Shown: one piece after another, positions 29,582-40,329 of the stretch
Layout: every line of letters begins with the position of its first letter
Position numbering within the stretch: position 1 is the first letter of the stretch
From: Bryobacterales bacterium
Lineage (GTDB): Bacteria > Acidobacteriota > Terriglobia > Bryobacterales > UBA6623
DNA length: 64,000 bases
Direction: 5' to 3'
Assembly: GCA_963422375.2 (NCBI GenBank)
Contig: OY729428.2
Span: 2,496,001 to 2,560,000, forward strand
Translations under genes and position numbers: made by a program
Notes under the pieces: generated by a model
Database searches by the model: none
Seen by the model: the letters and a program-made list of their open reading frames with translations, nothing else
Told to the model about the DNA's origin: nothing

Positions 29582-30820
29582 TTGGTCGCGGCGGTCGGCT
29601 TCGCGGCCGCGGATTCCCCGGCGGGCGCCGCGGAGGGCGACGGCGGCAGCGGTGCCGAGCCGAGGGCATTCGGGCAGATCGGCTCGATGCTGGACGACCT
29701 GCGCGAGATCATGGGCTTCGGCCCGAAGGGCCCGGTGAGGTATTCCGCGATCTCCAAGAGCAAGTTCCAAGCGCTATACAGGCGACGCATGCGGCAGCAG
29801 CAGAGCCCCCGGGCGATCCGCGGCGAGATCCTCTTCCTGAAGATGTTCGGGTTCGTGCCGGAGGGATTCGACTACGAGAAGACGGTGCTGGATCTGATGA
29901 GCGAGCAGGCCTGGGCGCTGTACGACTTCAAGCGCAAGAGCCTGTACCTAGCGGACTGGGCCCCACCCGACGCGCAGGAATTCGCAGTGCTTCACGAGCT
30001 TGTCCACGCCATCGACGACCAGCACTTCAACCTCCTGCGGTACATCGACGGGGCCAAGCAGGCGGAGCGCCAGCTGGCCCGCCTGGCGGCGGTCGAAGGC
30101 CAGGCGTCCTGGGTGATGACCGAATGGGCCATGCGCCAGTCGCGCAAGTCGCTGGTCGGCAACCGGCTGCTGGCAATCACCACCGCCTCGGCGACCCGCT
30201 TCGAGGCCGAGCAGTTCCCGGTATACCGCGACACCCCGCTCTACTTCCGCGAGGTGCTGATCTTCCCCTACACGGACGGGCTGCTGTTCCAGCACGACAT
30301 GATCGAGCGCTTCGGCATGGAGGGCCTGAAACGCGTGTTCCGGCAGCCCCCGCAGAACACGCAGCAGATCATGCAGCCCGACCTGTACCTGGGGCGGATA
30401 GATCCGCAGGGCCCCGACCTGCCGGCGGCGCGGCCGCCGCGAGGCTTCCGGCGGATCTACGAGGGAAGCTTCGGCCAGCTCGATCACCGCATCCTGCTGG
30501 AACAGCACCTCGGGGAGGGGAGCCGCGGGGCGCTGCTCGACAAGTGGCGCGGCTCGCGCTTCGAGATCCGCGAGCGGCGGCGGGACGGGGCCTCGCTGCT
30601 GCGCTACGCCGTGCGCTGGGCGGACGCGGAGACCGCGAGAGAGTACTATCACCTGTACCGGCAAGTCTGCGAGCGGAAGTGGCCGGGCCTCGAGCTGGTG
30701 GACCGCGGCCCCGGCCGCTGCGAGGGCGCCGGCCCGGCCGGCCGGGTGATGCTCGAGCTGAATGCCGACGAGGTCCGGAGCGTCGAAGGCATCCCCGCGA
30801 CCGGCAACGGAGGCACCTAA
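29582..30820 (+). CDS. Putative zinc metallopeptidase (HEXXH)
   Basis: VLHELVHAIDDQHF, EGQA, FPYTDGL, PPQNTQQIMQP; start uncertain. Confidence 0.7.
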   Translation: MVAAVGFAAADSPAGAAEGDGGSGAEPRAFGQIGSMLDDLREIMGFGPKGPVRYSAISKSKFQALYRRRMRQQQSPRAIRGEILFLKMFGFVPEGFDYEKTVLDLMSEQAWALYDFKRKSLYLADWAPPDAQEFAVLHELVHAIDDQHFNLLRYIDGAKQAERQLARLAAVEGQASWVMTEWAMRQSRKSLVGNRLLAITTASATRFEAEQFPVYRDTPLYFREVLIFPYTDGLLFQHDMIERFGMEGLKRVFRQPPQNTQQIMQPDLYLGRIDPQGPDLPAARPPRGFRRIYEGSFGQLDHRILLEQHLGEGSRGALLDKWRGSRFEIRERRRDGASLLRYAVRWADAETAREYYHLYRQVCERKWPGLELVDRGPGRCEGAGPAGRVMLELNADEVRSVEGIPATGNGGT

Positions 30821-30822
30821 CG

Positions 30823-31332
30823 ATGATTCGCACCTTGGTCTGCAGCTTGGGCATCAACCTGCTCGCCCTCGGGATCGCGGCCGAGCCGCGACCCGCCCAG
30901 CCGTTCGAGGCGGTCTCCTACGACGGGAGGAGTGTCTCGCTCGACTCGCTGAAGGGCAAGCCCTCCGTGCTGATGTTCTTCTCCACCGACTGCCCGCACT
31001 GCCAGAGGGCCGCGAACGCCATCGACCCGCTTTACCAGTCGCTGCGCCGCGCCGGCTTCCAGATGATCGGACTGAGCCTGAACCAAACCACGAACGCGGG
31101 CCTGCGGGACTTCGCCGCTCGGTTCAACGCGACGTTCCCGCTGGCCCTCTCCTCTCGGACGGAGTTCTCGAGGATTTCCGGCGTGTCGGTCATGACCCGC
31201 ATCTCCTACCCGTACATCCTCTTCCTCGACAAGAACGGAATCATCCGGGAGGAACGCCAGGGATCGGAGGAGGCGTGGTTCGACAACGTCTCGGCGAATT
31301 TCCTCAAGGCCGTCGAGCCCCTGCTGGAGTGA
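30823..31332 (+). CDS. TlpA/peroxiredoxin-like thioredoxin-fold protein
   Basis: Signal peptide, SLDSLKGK, CPHC, YP..FLDKNG. Confidence 0.85.
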   Translation: MIRTLVCSLGINLLALGIAAEPRPAQPFEAVSYDGRSVSLDSLKGKPSVLMFFSTDCPHCQRAANAIDPLYQSLRRAGFQMIGLSLNQTTNAGLRDFAARFNATFPLALSSRTEFSRISGVSVMTRISYPYILFLDKNGIIREERQGSEEAWFDNVSANFLKAVEPLLE

Positions 31333-31414
31333 CGCGCGGCCGGGCCTCGGGAAATTGACGGGCAGGCTCGGGGGTGCTACGCTACGATTCAGAGCGTAAA
31401 CGCTCCGAGACATA

Positions 31415-31600
31415 CGTTCGCAGGTGCCTTCAAGGGCGTAACAGGGAAGCCGGTGAGATACCGGCGCGGTCCCGCCACTGTGAGCAGCGAGCCGTCGCAT
31501 CAGGATGCCACTCGGGCCTAGGGTCCGGGGAAGGCGTTGCGACAGCGAGCGCGGCCCCGAGCCGCGGAAAGCTGCGAGCCAGGAGACCTACCTGCGAACA
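31415..31600 (+). promoter_or_regulatory. Cobalamin (B12) riboswitch
   Basis: Hallmark elements AGGTGC..AACAGGGAAGCCGGTGAGATACCGGCGCGGTCCCGCCACTGTGA...GCCACT..GGGAAGG...GAGCCAGGAGACCT, upstream of a TonB-dependent receptor. Confidence 0.95.
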
Positions 31601-31714
31601 GGCTGCAGTCTTTCCGCGCGAGACGGGGGATGAGATGAAGATTTCGCCGAGCCGAACCGGCCTTTCCCGAACCGCTGCGGTCGATCTCCGTCCGCGGAGC
31701 ATGGTGGGAGAGTC

Positions 31715-34144
31715 ATGGGTCCAAGAGCGAGCCGCGTCGCACGCGCGGCGCTGACCATCGCGTGCGCGCTGCCCGTAGGAGCCGCTGCGCTCCGCGCGGA
31801 CACCCTGAGCGGCACGGTGCGCGACGCTAGCGGCCGCCCCGTGCCCGGGGCCGACATCCGGATCGACCGATTCGACGGCGCTAGCGCCTACCGAGTCCGG
31901 TCCGACCAAGCGGGCGCATACAGCGTGCCGGCGCTGGTTCCGGGCAGCTACTGGCTCGTGGCGCACGCGCGGCCATTCCTGCTGTCTTCGACCGAGAGGA
32001 TCCAAGTGGAGGGAAACACTGTCCACGACGTCGAGCTTGCGCTCGCCCCGCTGGAGGACTCGATCACCGTCGTGGGCAACGCGCTTCCGGCCTCCGCCGC
32101 CGACTCGGCCAAGAGCGTCGCCGCGGTCGATGGAGGCGACTACCGCAAGCGCATCGAGCCCAGCCTGGTCGAGGGCTTGCGCGCGATAGCCGGCGTGCGC
32201 GTGCAGCGGCTGCGGACGCCCGGCAGCGGTGCGACGGTGCAGTTCCGCGGGCTGCGGAGCCATGACACGGCCGTCCTGATCGACGGGCTGCGCTTTCGCG
32301 ACGCCTCGTCGGTGTCCGGCGAAGCCACGCCGTTCCTGTCCGACATGGCGTACTTCGACACGGAGCGGGTCGAGGTCCAGCGAGGCGCGAGCTCCACGCT
32401 ATACGGATCCCACGCGGTGGGCGGCGTGATCGACATCCGCTCGTCCCGCGGCGGCGGGCCGGCTCACGCCGAGATCTCGGCGGAGGCCGGAGGCCTGGGA
32501 TCCGCCCGCGGGCTCGTGCGTATCGGCGGCGGCCTCGGCCCGGTCCAACGCCTGATCTACAGCGGCGGAGGCTCGCACCGGAACGTCACTCGGGGCGTTG
32601 ACGGGTTCGATCCTTACCGCAACACCGGTGGGCAGGGCTACGCCCGCTTCACCCTCGCGCCAGCGCTGACGCTGAGCGGGAGGATCTTCGGAACGGACTC
32701 CTTCCTGGCCATCAACGAGAGCCCGTCGGTGCCCGACGCCGTGCTGGCCAACCTCGGCGGGAAACTGGCCGTGCCCGCGGTCGCGCTCCCGCCGCACGAA
32801 GTCAGAGCGTACGAGGCGGGCCGCGAGATCCGCGCGGGCGACGCGACGTTCGTGCCCGACTTCAATGACCCCGACGCCCGACGGGCGGCCTCGTTCTACG
32901 CAGCGGCCATCATCCTGAGGCACCAGATCTCCCCCGACCGGTCGCTCAGGGCCAGCTACCAACAGGTCCGCACGAAGCGCCGCTTCGGCGACGGACCCGG
33001 TGGCGTCGGAGCCTTCGAGCCGCCGTTCAGCACCGCGGCGCGGTACACGGGCCGGATCGACACCCTCCAAGTCCGGGCTGACCTCGCGAGCGGGCCCCGC
33101 CAGACGCTGACGGCCGGGTACGAGTTCGAGCGCGAGCGGTACGAGGACCGGCATTCGAACGGGGCCCCCGACGCGGCCAGGCTCGATCTCACCGAGTCGT
33201 CGGCGCAACAGTCGAGCCACGCGGCCTTCGTGCAGGACTCGCTGCGCTGGAAGAGCCTGCAGGTCACGGTCGCGGGCCGGTACCAAGTGTTCCGACTGTC
33301 CGGCCCCAGCTTCACGGGCGGCTCCAATCCCTACGGCCTGACCGCAGCCGACCCGCTTGGCGGGGCATTCACGGCCGACCTATCTCTCGCCTACTTCGCG
33401 CGCGACAGCAACACCAAGCTCCGGGCCCACGCCCGGTCGGGCTACCGAGCGCCGGCACCGTTCGAACGGTACGGTGCGAGCTTCTTCCTAGGGACGGCCA
33501 GCTTCTGGGGAGCGCCCTCGCTGTCGCCGGAACGCTCGGTCTCGTACGAAGCGGGCTTCGACCAGTGGCTCGCCAGGGGCAAGGCCAGGGCCAGCGCGAC
33601 GGCGTACTATGCAGGGGTCCGGGATGTAGTCACATTCGACTTCGGGGTGATCGACCCGGCCACGGACCCGTGGGGCCGCTCCGGCGGCTACCGGAACGGC
33701 GTCGGCCTGCTCTCCAGAGGGATCGAGGTCGACCTCTCCGCCTCGCCCACACGGTCCACCACCCTGCGGGCCGCCTACACCTACGTGAACTCCGACTCGA
33801 AGGCTCCGACCGTACCAGGCACGGACTTCCACAAGGCGCTGGGCGTGTCAGATCACATGTTCGGCCTAAGCGCGATCCAGGCGATCGGCAAGCGCCTCGA
33901 GCTAGCACTGGACTGGTCCGCGATGACGAGCTATCCCCTGCGGTTCTTCCGCGCGCCCGGGTGGCAGGTGTTCCCCGGCCCGCTGAAGGTCGACGCGGCC
34001 TGCACCTACAGGGTGCCTCTCGAAGGCGCACGGGGCATCGACATCTTCGTCATGGTCGAGAACATCCTCAACCGGCAGTACTACGAGGACGGTCAAGCGG
34101 CCCCGCGGGCATGGGCCGTCGGAGGCCTCCGGTTCCGCTTCTGA
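31715..34144 (+). CDS. TonB-dependent receptor, probable cobalamin transporter (BtuB-like)
   Basis: Carboxypeptidase-regulatory-like N-domain, plug (VLIDG, ERVEVQRG.SSTLYGS.AVGGVI), C-terminal Phe; B12 riboswitch upstream. Confidence 0.88.
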   Translation: MGPRASRVARAALTIACALPVGAAALRADTLSGTVRDASGRPVPGADIRIDRFDGASAYRVRSDQAGAYSVPALVPGSYWLVAHARPFLLSSTERIQVEGNTVHDVELALAPLEDSITVVGNALPASAADSAKSVAAVDGGDYRKRIEPSLVEGLRAIAGVRVQRLRTPGSGATVQFRGLRSHDTAVLIDGLRFRDASSVSGEATPFLSDMAYFDTERVEVQRGASSTLYGSHAVGGVIDIRSSRGGGPAHAEISAEAGGLGSARGLVRIGGGLGPVQRLIYSGGGSHRNVTRGVDGFDPYRNTGGQGYARFTLAPALTLSGRIFGTDSFLAINESPSVPDAVLANLGGKLAVPAVALPPHEVRAYEAGREIRAGDATFVPDFNDPDARRAASFYAAAIILRHQISPDRSLRASYQQVRTKRRFGDGPGGVGAFEPPFSTAARYTGRIDTLQVRADLASGPRQTLTAGYEFERERYEDRHSNGAPDAARLDLTESSAQQSSHAAFVQDSLRWKSLQVTVAGRYQVFRLSGPSFTGGSNPYGLTAADPLGGAFTADLSLAYFARDSNTKLRAHARSGYRAPAPFERYGASFFLGTASFWGAPSLSPERSVSYEAGFDQWLARGKARASATAYYAGVRDVVTFDFGVIDPATDPWGRSGGYRNGVGLLSRGIEVDLSASPTRSTTLRAAYTYVNSDSKAPTVPGTDFHKALGVSDHMFGLSAIQAIGKRLELALDWSAMTSYPLRFFRAPGWQVFPGPLKVDAACTYRVPLEGARGIDIFVMVENILNRQYYEDGQAAPRAWAVGGLRFRF

Positions 34145-34163
34145 ACCGGGAGTCCGGCAAGAG

Positions 34164-35156
34164 ATGGGCACGGCAAGACGCAAACTCTGGCTGGGCGGGC
34201 TCGGTCTGTGCCTGTTGGCCGCGATGGGCGCCGTCGCGTGGATCGGCATGCACGGCCAGCGCCCGCCCCCGGGCGCCGCCGGGACGGCTGCGGGCGTCGA
34301 GGCGAGCGACGGCTACCCGCGTCAATGGAAGGACGCTCACGGCATCCCCGTTGATCTGCGCGCGCCGCCGCGAACGATCGCTTCGCATGCGGTCGCCACG
34401 GACCACCTGCTCTTCGCGATAGTGCCGCCGTCCCGCATCGTGGCCGTGAGCGCGCTGGCCCGCCTGCCTCAGTACAGCCACATCGCGACGGATGTCCGCG
34501 CGCTCGGGATCCCGGCCGCTCGGGACGCCGAGACCGTGCTGACCCTCGAGCCGTCGCTGCTCGTCGCCTCGGAGATCTCCGCTCCCGACTTCCTCCGGGC
34601 CGTGCGGGCCAGCGGCATCCCGGTCTACGCGATGCGTACCCTGTTCGCCCGGCTGGACGAGATCGCAGACGCCATGGAACTCGTGGGCGAGCTGAGCGGG
34701 AACAATGAGGCCGCACGACGGGCGGCCGACGACTTTCGAGCGGAGGTGCGGGCTGCGAGCGGCTGCGAGCCGGACGGCTCTGCCCCGCAGCGCGTGCTCG
34801 GAGTGACCTATTCCCGGCACTGCTACGGTCGCGGGTCGCTCTTCGAGGACATCGCGCATGCTCTAGGAGCGGTCAATGTCGGCAGCGAGCAGGGCCTCGG
34901 CCCCTCCCAGAAGATCGACCCCGAACAGATCGCCGCCTGGAATCCCGACTGGATCGTGGCCGGAACGGGCGGGCGACCGCCCGGCGAGGCACGCGCCGCT
35001 CTGATCGCGGACCCGGCAGTGCGCCTGACGCGGGCCGGCCGCCTCGGGCAGATCCTCGCGATCGAGGACCGCGACTTGACGGCAATGTCGCAGCACGTCC
35101 TCGGCACGATGCGCGCGCTTGCCGAAGTTCTGTGTCCGGCAACGAGTCCCCGATGA
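34164..35156 (+). CDS. Cobalamin/Fe-siderophore ABC substrate-binding protein (BtuF-like)
   Basis: TroA-like pattern (PPRTIAS, AETVLTLEPSL, EQIAAWNPDWI). Confidence 0.85.
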   Translation: MGTARRKLWLGGLGLCLLAAMGAVAWIGMHGQRPPPGAAGTAAGVEASDGYPRQWKDAHGIPVDLRAPPRTIASHAVATDHLLFAIVPPSRIVAVSALARLPQYSHIATDVRALGIPAARDAETVLTLEPSLLVASEISAPDFLRAVRASGIPVYAMRTLFARLDEIADAMELVGELSGNNEAARRAADDFRAEVRAASGCEPDGSAPQRVLGVTYSRHCYGRGSLFEDIAHALGAVNVGSEQGLGPSQKIDPEQIAAWNPDWIVAGTGGRPPGEARAALIADPAVRLTRAGRLGQILAIEDRDLTAMSQHVLGTMRALAEVLCPATSPR

Positions 35157-36217
35157 GTGCCGACAGCGGTCCAGGCCTGGCGCGACGGCGCATGGGGCCA
35201 ACCGCGTTCCTAGCGCTGTCGGCGGGGTTGCTAGCAGTCGCCGGCCTTGCTGGCCTTTCGATCGGAACGACCTCGCTCGACTGGAGGGTCGTCGCCCAGG
35301 TGCTCGCTTCGCGGCTCGGGCCATTCAACGGCACGTTCTCGGAGACCGAGGAGTTCATCGTCTGGTCCGTCCGCCTGCCTCGGATCATCGTCGGCGTCCT
35401 GTCCGGCGGCGCGCTGGCGGTCGCAGGGGCGGCCCTGCAAGGACTGTTCAGGAACCCTCTGGCCGGCCCGGGGGTGATCGGCACGAGCGCCGGGGCGGCG
35501 TGCGGCGCGGTCCTCGTGCTCATGACCGGCCTCGCCGCGCACTCGGCGCTGTGGCTGCCGCTGGCCTCCTTCGCCGGCGGACTGCTCGCCCTGTGCCTCG
35601 CCTACGGCATGGCCACGAGCGGAGGGAAGACGCCCCTGACCGCACTGATCCTGTCCGGCGTGGCCTGCGGCGCGTTCTTCGGGGCGATGACTTCCCTGCT
35701 GATCTCGCTGCGCTTCGAGGATTGGCAGGTAGCCTCCGAGGTCGTCTTCTGGATGATGGGCGGCCTCGACAGCCGGTCATGGGTACACGTGTGGATCGCA
35801 CTGCCCTTTGTCGCACTCGGTGCGGGCCTAGTCTTCTTCCGCTCGCGCGAACTCGACCTGATGCTGACGGGCGACGAGTCGGCGCAGACGCTCGGCGCGG
35901 ACGCGGAGTGGACCAAGCGGACGGTCCTCGTCGGGGCCGCCATGCTAACCGGCGCTTCCGTGGCGGTGAGCGGCATCCTGGCGTTCGTCGGCCTGGTCGT
36001 GCCCCACATGGTCCGGCTCGTCGTCGGGCCGCTGCACCGGCACTTGCTGCCGTTGGCGATGCTTGCGGGCGGAGGCTTCCTCGTAGCCTGCGACATCATC
36101 GCGAGAAGCGCCTTCGCCCCGGCGGAAGTGCGGCTCGGCGTGGTGACCTCGGCCTGCGGCGCACCCTTCTTCGCCTGGCTCCTCCTGACCCGCAAGCCGC
36201 ACCTGGAGGGGTCGTAG
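35153..36217 (+). CDS. FecCD/BtuC ABC permease
   Basis: VRLPRI, LQGLFRNPLA.P..IG.SAGA, AFVGLVVPH. Confidence 0.92.
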   Translation: MSADSGPGLARRRMGPTAFLALSAGLLAVAGLAGLSIGTTSLDWRVVAQVLASRLGPFNGTFSETEEFIVWSVRLPRIIVGVLSGGALAVAGAALQGLFRNPLAGPGVIGTSAGAACGAVLVLMTGLAAHSALWLPLASFAGGLLALCLAYGMATSGGKTPLTALILSGVACGAFFGAMTSLLISLRFEDWQVASEVVFWMMGGLDSRSWVHVWIALPFVALGAGLVFFRSRELDLMLTGDESAQTLGADAEWTKRTVLVGAAMLTGASVAVSGILAFVGLVVPHMVRLVVGPLHRHLLPLAMLAGGGFLVACDIIARSAFAPAEVRLGVVTSACGAPFFAWLLLTRKPHLEGS

Positions 36218-36219
36218 TC

Positions 36220-37011
36220 GTGCTGGAAGCCGACCGAGCCGGATTCGCGCGGGGCGGCACGTGGATCCTGCGGAATCTGAGCGTGCAGTTCCGGGCCGGG
36301 ACCGTCGCGGCCGTGGTGGGCCCGAACGGCTCGGGCAAGTCGACCGCGCTGCGCCTGCTGGCCGGATTGCTGCGCGCCTCCGAGGGCCGCGTGTCGATCA
36401 ACGGGAGGCCGGCTCACATGATCAAGCGCGGCGAGCTAGCCCGGATCGTGACATACGTCCCGCAGAGCCCTCCCGCCGTCCCGACAGTTACGGTCCGGGA
36501 ATGCGTGGCAATGGGCAGGTACTGCCATCGCGGACGGTTCCGGGCGGAGGGGGAAGCGGACCGGAAGGCGGTGGGCGAGGCGCTGGAGACGATGGATTGC
36601 GCCCGTTTCGCGAACCGTCTCATGGGCGATCTCTCGGGAGGCGAGGTCCAGCGCGCGATCCTAGCCCGAAGCCTCGCCACGGCCGCGCCCTACCTCCTGC
36701 TGGACGAGCCAACCGCCAGCCTCGACATCGAGCACTCGCTGTCGATCCTCGACCACGTCGCGGCCGCGGCGGAGGCCGGGCGCTGCGTGGTAATGGCCCT
36801 GCACGACCTCAACAGCGTGATCCGCTCCGCGGACTTCGTGTGCGTTCTCAAGCGCGGGACGGTGCGGCACGCGGGACCGCCGCTCCAAGCTCTCGACCCA
36901 CAGGTCGTACGCGACGTGTTCTCCGTCGAGTCCGAGCTGCTCCAAGGCCGTACAGGAGCGGCCTTCCGCTTCGATCCGGTCGGGCACGCGGATCCCTGCC
37001 GGCGGGCCTAG
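36220..37011 (+). CDS. FecE/BtuD ABC ATP-binding protein
   Basis: GPNGSGKST, LSGGEVQR, LLLDEPT, LHDLN. Confidence 0.92.
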   Translation: MLEADRAGFARGGTWILRNLSVQFRAGTVAAVVGPNGSGKSTALRLLAGLLRASEGRVSINGRPAHMIKRGELARIVTYVPQSPPAVPTVTVRECVAMGRYCHRGRFRAEGEADRKAVGEALETMDCARFANRLMGDLSGGEVQRAILARSLATAAPYLLLDEPTASLDIEHSLSILDHVAAAAEAGRCVVMALHDLNSVIRSADFVCVLKRGTVRHAGPPLQALDPQVVRDVFSVESELLQGRTGAAFRFDPVGHADPCRRA

Positions 37012-37147
37012 CGAGACGGTCGATAGGCCCGGTCTCCCGGGAAGAATCGGACCAGTCAACAGGCCCTAAACGGACGGACGGCCCCGTCGCGTGCGCGGCT
37101 GTATAGTACGCTATCCCTAGCAGAGCAACGGTTGCGGGCCGCTCCCC

Positions 37148-37771
37148 ATGAACCTGCCCAACATTCTCACGCTTTCGAGAATCTTCCTTGTCCCGCTGCT
37201 GGTAGCCGTACTCCTGCGCAAGGAGGCGATCCAACTCGACACCGGCTGGGTGGTGGTGACCAGAGAGGTCATCGCGCTGCTCATCTTCCTCTCGGCCGCG
37301 CTCACCGACCTGCTGGACGGATACATTGCCCGGCGGCGGCGGCAAGTCACCACGGTGGGCAAGCTGCTGGACCCGATCGCGGACAAGCTGCTGGTGGCCG
37401 GCGCGCTGATCTCGCTGGTCGAGCTGGACCGCGTGGCCGCATGGATGGTCGTGCTGATCGTGAGCCGCGAGTTCGCGGTCTCGGCTCTACGGAACCTCGC
37501 CCTGACGCAGGGCGTCGCCATCTCGGCCAGCGAATTCGGCAAGGCTAAGATGGTGGCGCAGGTGGCAGCCGTCTCGCTGCTGCTCCTCGCCCCGCATTCG
37601 CGCGTCGTCGAGCAGGCCGGCTACATCGCGCTCTGGCTGGCCATCCTTATCACCACCTTTTCGATGGTCGACTACTTCCGCGCCTTCTGGCGGCGGCCGG
37701 ATGTGCCGGGCGGGCCAGAGGACGTGGTGGTGATGCGCAAGAACCTGCCGGAGGCGAGCAACCGTCCCTAA
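37148..37771 (+). CDS. pgsA: CDP-diacylglycerol--glycerol-3-phosphate 3-phosphatidyltransferase
   Basis: MNLPNILTLSRI, TDLLDGYIARR...GKLLDPIADK, GKAKM. Confidence 0.93.
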   Translation: MNLPNILTLSRIFLVPLLVAVLLRKEAIQLDTGWVVVTREVIALLIFLSAALTDLLDGYIARRRRQVTTVGKLLDPIADKLLVAGALISLVELDRVAAWMVVLIVSREFAVSALRNLALTQGVAISASEFGKAKMVAQVAAVSLLLLAPHSRVVEQAGYIALWLAILITTFSMVDYFRAFWRRPDVPGGPEDVVVMRKNLPEASNRP

Positions 37772-38529
37772 CACCCCTATCACGGGGGCGGCAGCAGGAC
37801 AAGCTTCGCCCGAAGCAGATGCCGAGTAGAGCGTGCAGTTGCTCTTGACGGCCGCACCCGAGATGCCGTCTAGCTCGCGCGCCGGGACCTGCCGACGAAG
37901 TGAATCTCGACCGGGTCCGTGAGTCTGCGGGCAGCCTCGCCCAGTGACACCCGCGGTGGCGTGACCGACCGCTCTAGCCTGGCCTTGGATGACTGACCGG
38001 TCCGGGGCGCAAGTTCGACGCAGCGCGGCTGCATTCCGGTCGCCGGGCTCGACATCCTAGTAGCCTTCGTCGACAACCCTTTTGGAGCAGGGATCCTTGT
38101 GCCGATGGCTTGCCATCGATGCAGATTAGGTCCGCGCCCTACCCGTCCCGCAAGCACACCCAGTTAAGAGAGCCGCTGTATCTCGTAGGTTCTTGCTTTC
38201 CTCTGCAGTGCGGTTCGAGCCGCCGAATGCCCGGTTCGCGGGCGCGGCGGGCTGTGGTCGGGTAGAGTCGTGCGCGAGAGAGCGGACCGGGAGGCGAGCG
38301 TGACGGACTGGGAACCGTCGGGGAAGGAGCTTGCGATGGCGAGCGCCGGTTCTCGGGCCGGGCTTGTGCGCCTCGAATCGAAGCAAGCCCGGTGGGTGCC
38401 GTCGCGCTACAGCGCCCGTGCGATGCCGTGCTTTCGGGCGGCACATGTCGGGTTAGTGCGCGAGTTGCTGGAGCAGTCTGGGGGCATGTAGGCCTGCCGG
38501 GGTATCTGCCGGAGCGGGGCTTCCTATTC

Positions 38530-38845
38530 AAGGAGTCGGTGAACGAGCCACAGCGCTTCGGTCACCGGTTGTTAGAGCAGCAGCCGAGTCCAGACTGGCT
38601 GGAGTTGATTCTGCTCTCCTCGGAGAACTGCAACTCCCGCTGTCGAAAGCGCTACGAGTCGTCCCCGCAAGGGACGATGGATCCTTGGGTTCGCGAGGCG
38701 ATTGTCGGTTTAGTGGAGGCACGGGCGCCGCGGCTGGACCGGCTGTCGGTCAGCCATCTCGGAGGAGAGTCGCCGCTCAGTTCGGAAGCGGTGTATGAGA
38801 TTGCGTCGGCGGCCGTGAGAATCGCCGAGACGCCCGGCATCCGAT
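38530..38845 (+). pseudogene. Radical SAM protein N-terminal remnant
   Basis: LELILLSSENCNSRCRKRYES...RAPRLDRLSVSHLGGESPL resembles CNFRCxYCYE...WFGGEPL; third Cys lost and gene truncated. Confidence 0.65.
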
Positions 38846-39569
38846 ACTGTTTCGCTGGGTTTGGTTTGTGTAGTGATTATGGCAACAGGCATAGCTGTGA
38901 GTGTATTGATGTCTCGACGAGTGTCAAAGATTGACCCGATTCGACTTCTCCGGAGCCAAGGAAATCTTGAATTCGTGTCAATTGCATTCAAGTTGGACAC
39001 GATTTAAGGAGGTCTTCCTTCCGTCATATAGCTGATCCAAATGCCTAGGAGTCGGTATATGGGATCGGAGAATTGGGATGATTCGATCTTACTTCTAATG
39101 GCTCCGAAATCCTGCCGTCTAGATTTGAGAAATGCGGAATCTGTGCCCGACATAGGTCGGCCAATCATCCAAGACCACTGAATCTAGATCACCGCAGATT
39201 TCAATTTGGACGTCAAGCCGGAGGCTGCAAGAAGTCGGTAGGCATTTTAATCGAGCGTAGTCGAACGTAATCGCCTGTTGCGAGCAGTCGCGATCCTACG
39301 TGCCTATTGAACGGAACCACAGTTGCGCATTCGGGGTGCGAACCGCTACGCGCAGGCGTGGGGGAACTCACTGCGAGACAGACACCTTGACGGGCTAAGC
39401 GACCGGGATCCGCTTGGCGAGCTGGGGTGCGGCAGAGTCAGCCGCCGAGTGATGATGAGGCGGGGTGCTGACCAACCGCTGCCAGCCTGGAGGGCACGCT
39501 GGAAGCTCCCCGAGTGAGCGGGCAAGCGTAAGAGTGGCTGCGTCCGCGGGTGGGCGAGCGGATCTAGGC

Positions 39570-39900
39570 TCAAGGAATGATCATCTGCAAGGGCTTCGCA
39601 GCCCTTCGATGCCAGCTCTCACAGCGGTTTAGGGTCTTCTGCATCTCGAGTTGGCGCGGGATCGACAGCGCCATCTTGCGCGTGGCCGCCAAGACCGTCG
39701 GGCGAGCATGCACTTGCGCACTCCAGCTGCCCTCGGCGTACTCGGCACTGTCGCGGACTCGTTGAATCCCGTTCTCCACCGTCCCCGGTCGCCTCGGCCG
39801 GGTCCATGCTCATGATCAGATCGACCGTCACCAGCTCGGGCGCATCGCAGGTCTCGCGCATGGTGACCTCCCGGATCACTTGCGCCGCGACGCGCATGCC
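39570..39900 (-). pseudogene. ISAs1 (H-repeat)-like transposase C-terminal remnant
   Basis: AQVIREVT... then ENGIQRVRD...ARPTVLAATRKMALSI, resembling IENxxHxVRD...APxxLAxxRNxAxS. Confidence 0.55.
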
Positions 39901-40329
39901 TGGGAAGTCCGTTCCCTCGACTGCCTAGCGATCGCCTTCGGGCCGCCGACCCTGCGCGTCGCGTATCTCCATCGCACGGATGCGGCGGGTCTCGTCGCGC
40001 CCATGGACCTAGCCTACCTCCGCCTATGCCACCAAGCGCTCCCAATCGCAGACGGCCGAGGCGTCCGGCCGCGAGGGCCGATTGCCGCTCACTTCGAGGA
40101 GATACGAGGCCCTCCGACCGGGAATCACACGTGCCCTGCCGGGCTCGGTTTGCAGCGCGTCGGCGACGATTCAGCGCCCCTCGACATTCGTCGTTGCGAG
40201 CACATCGCATCGCGGTCCACGCACCCCGTCGGCATCGTAATTGTTGCCGCTGAACCCTTGCTGTACATTGACTTGCCTCGCCTCCCACCGCGGTCAGCTG
40301 CTCCTCCCGTTGGCTCTTCTCCTCACCCG

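Noticed and set aside
37772..38400. tRNA genes after pgsA
   Set aside because: No cloverleaf or GGTTCGAATCC/CCA-type arrangement found.
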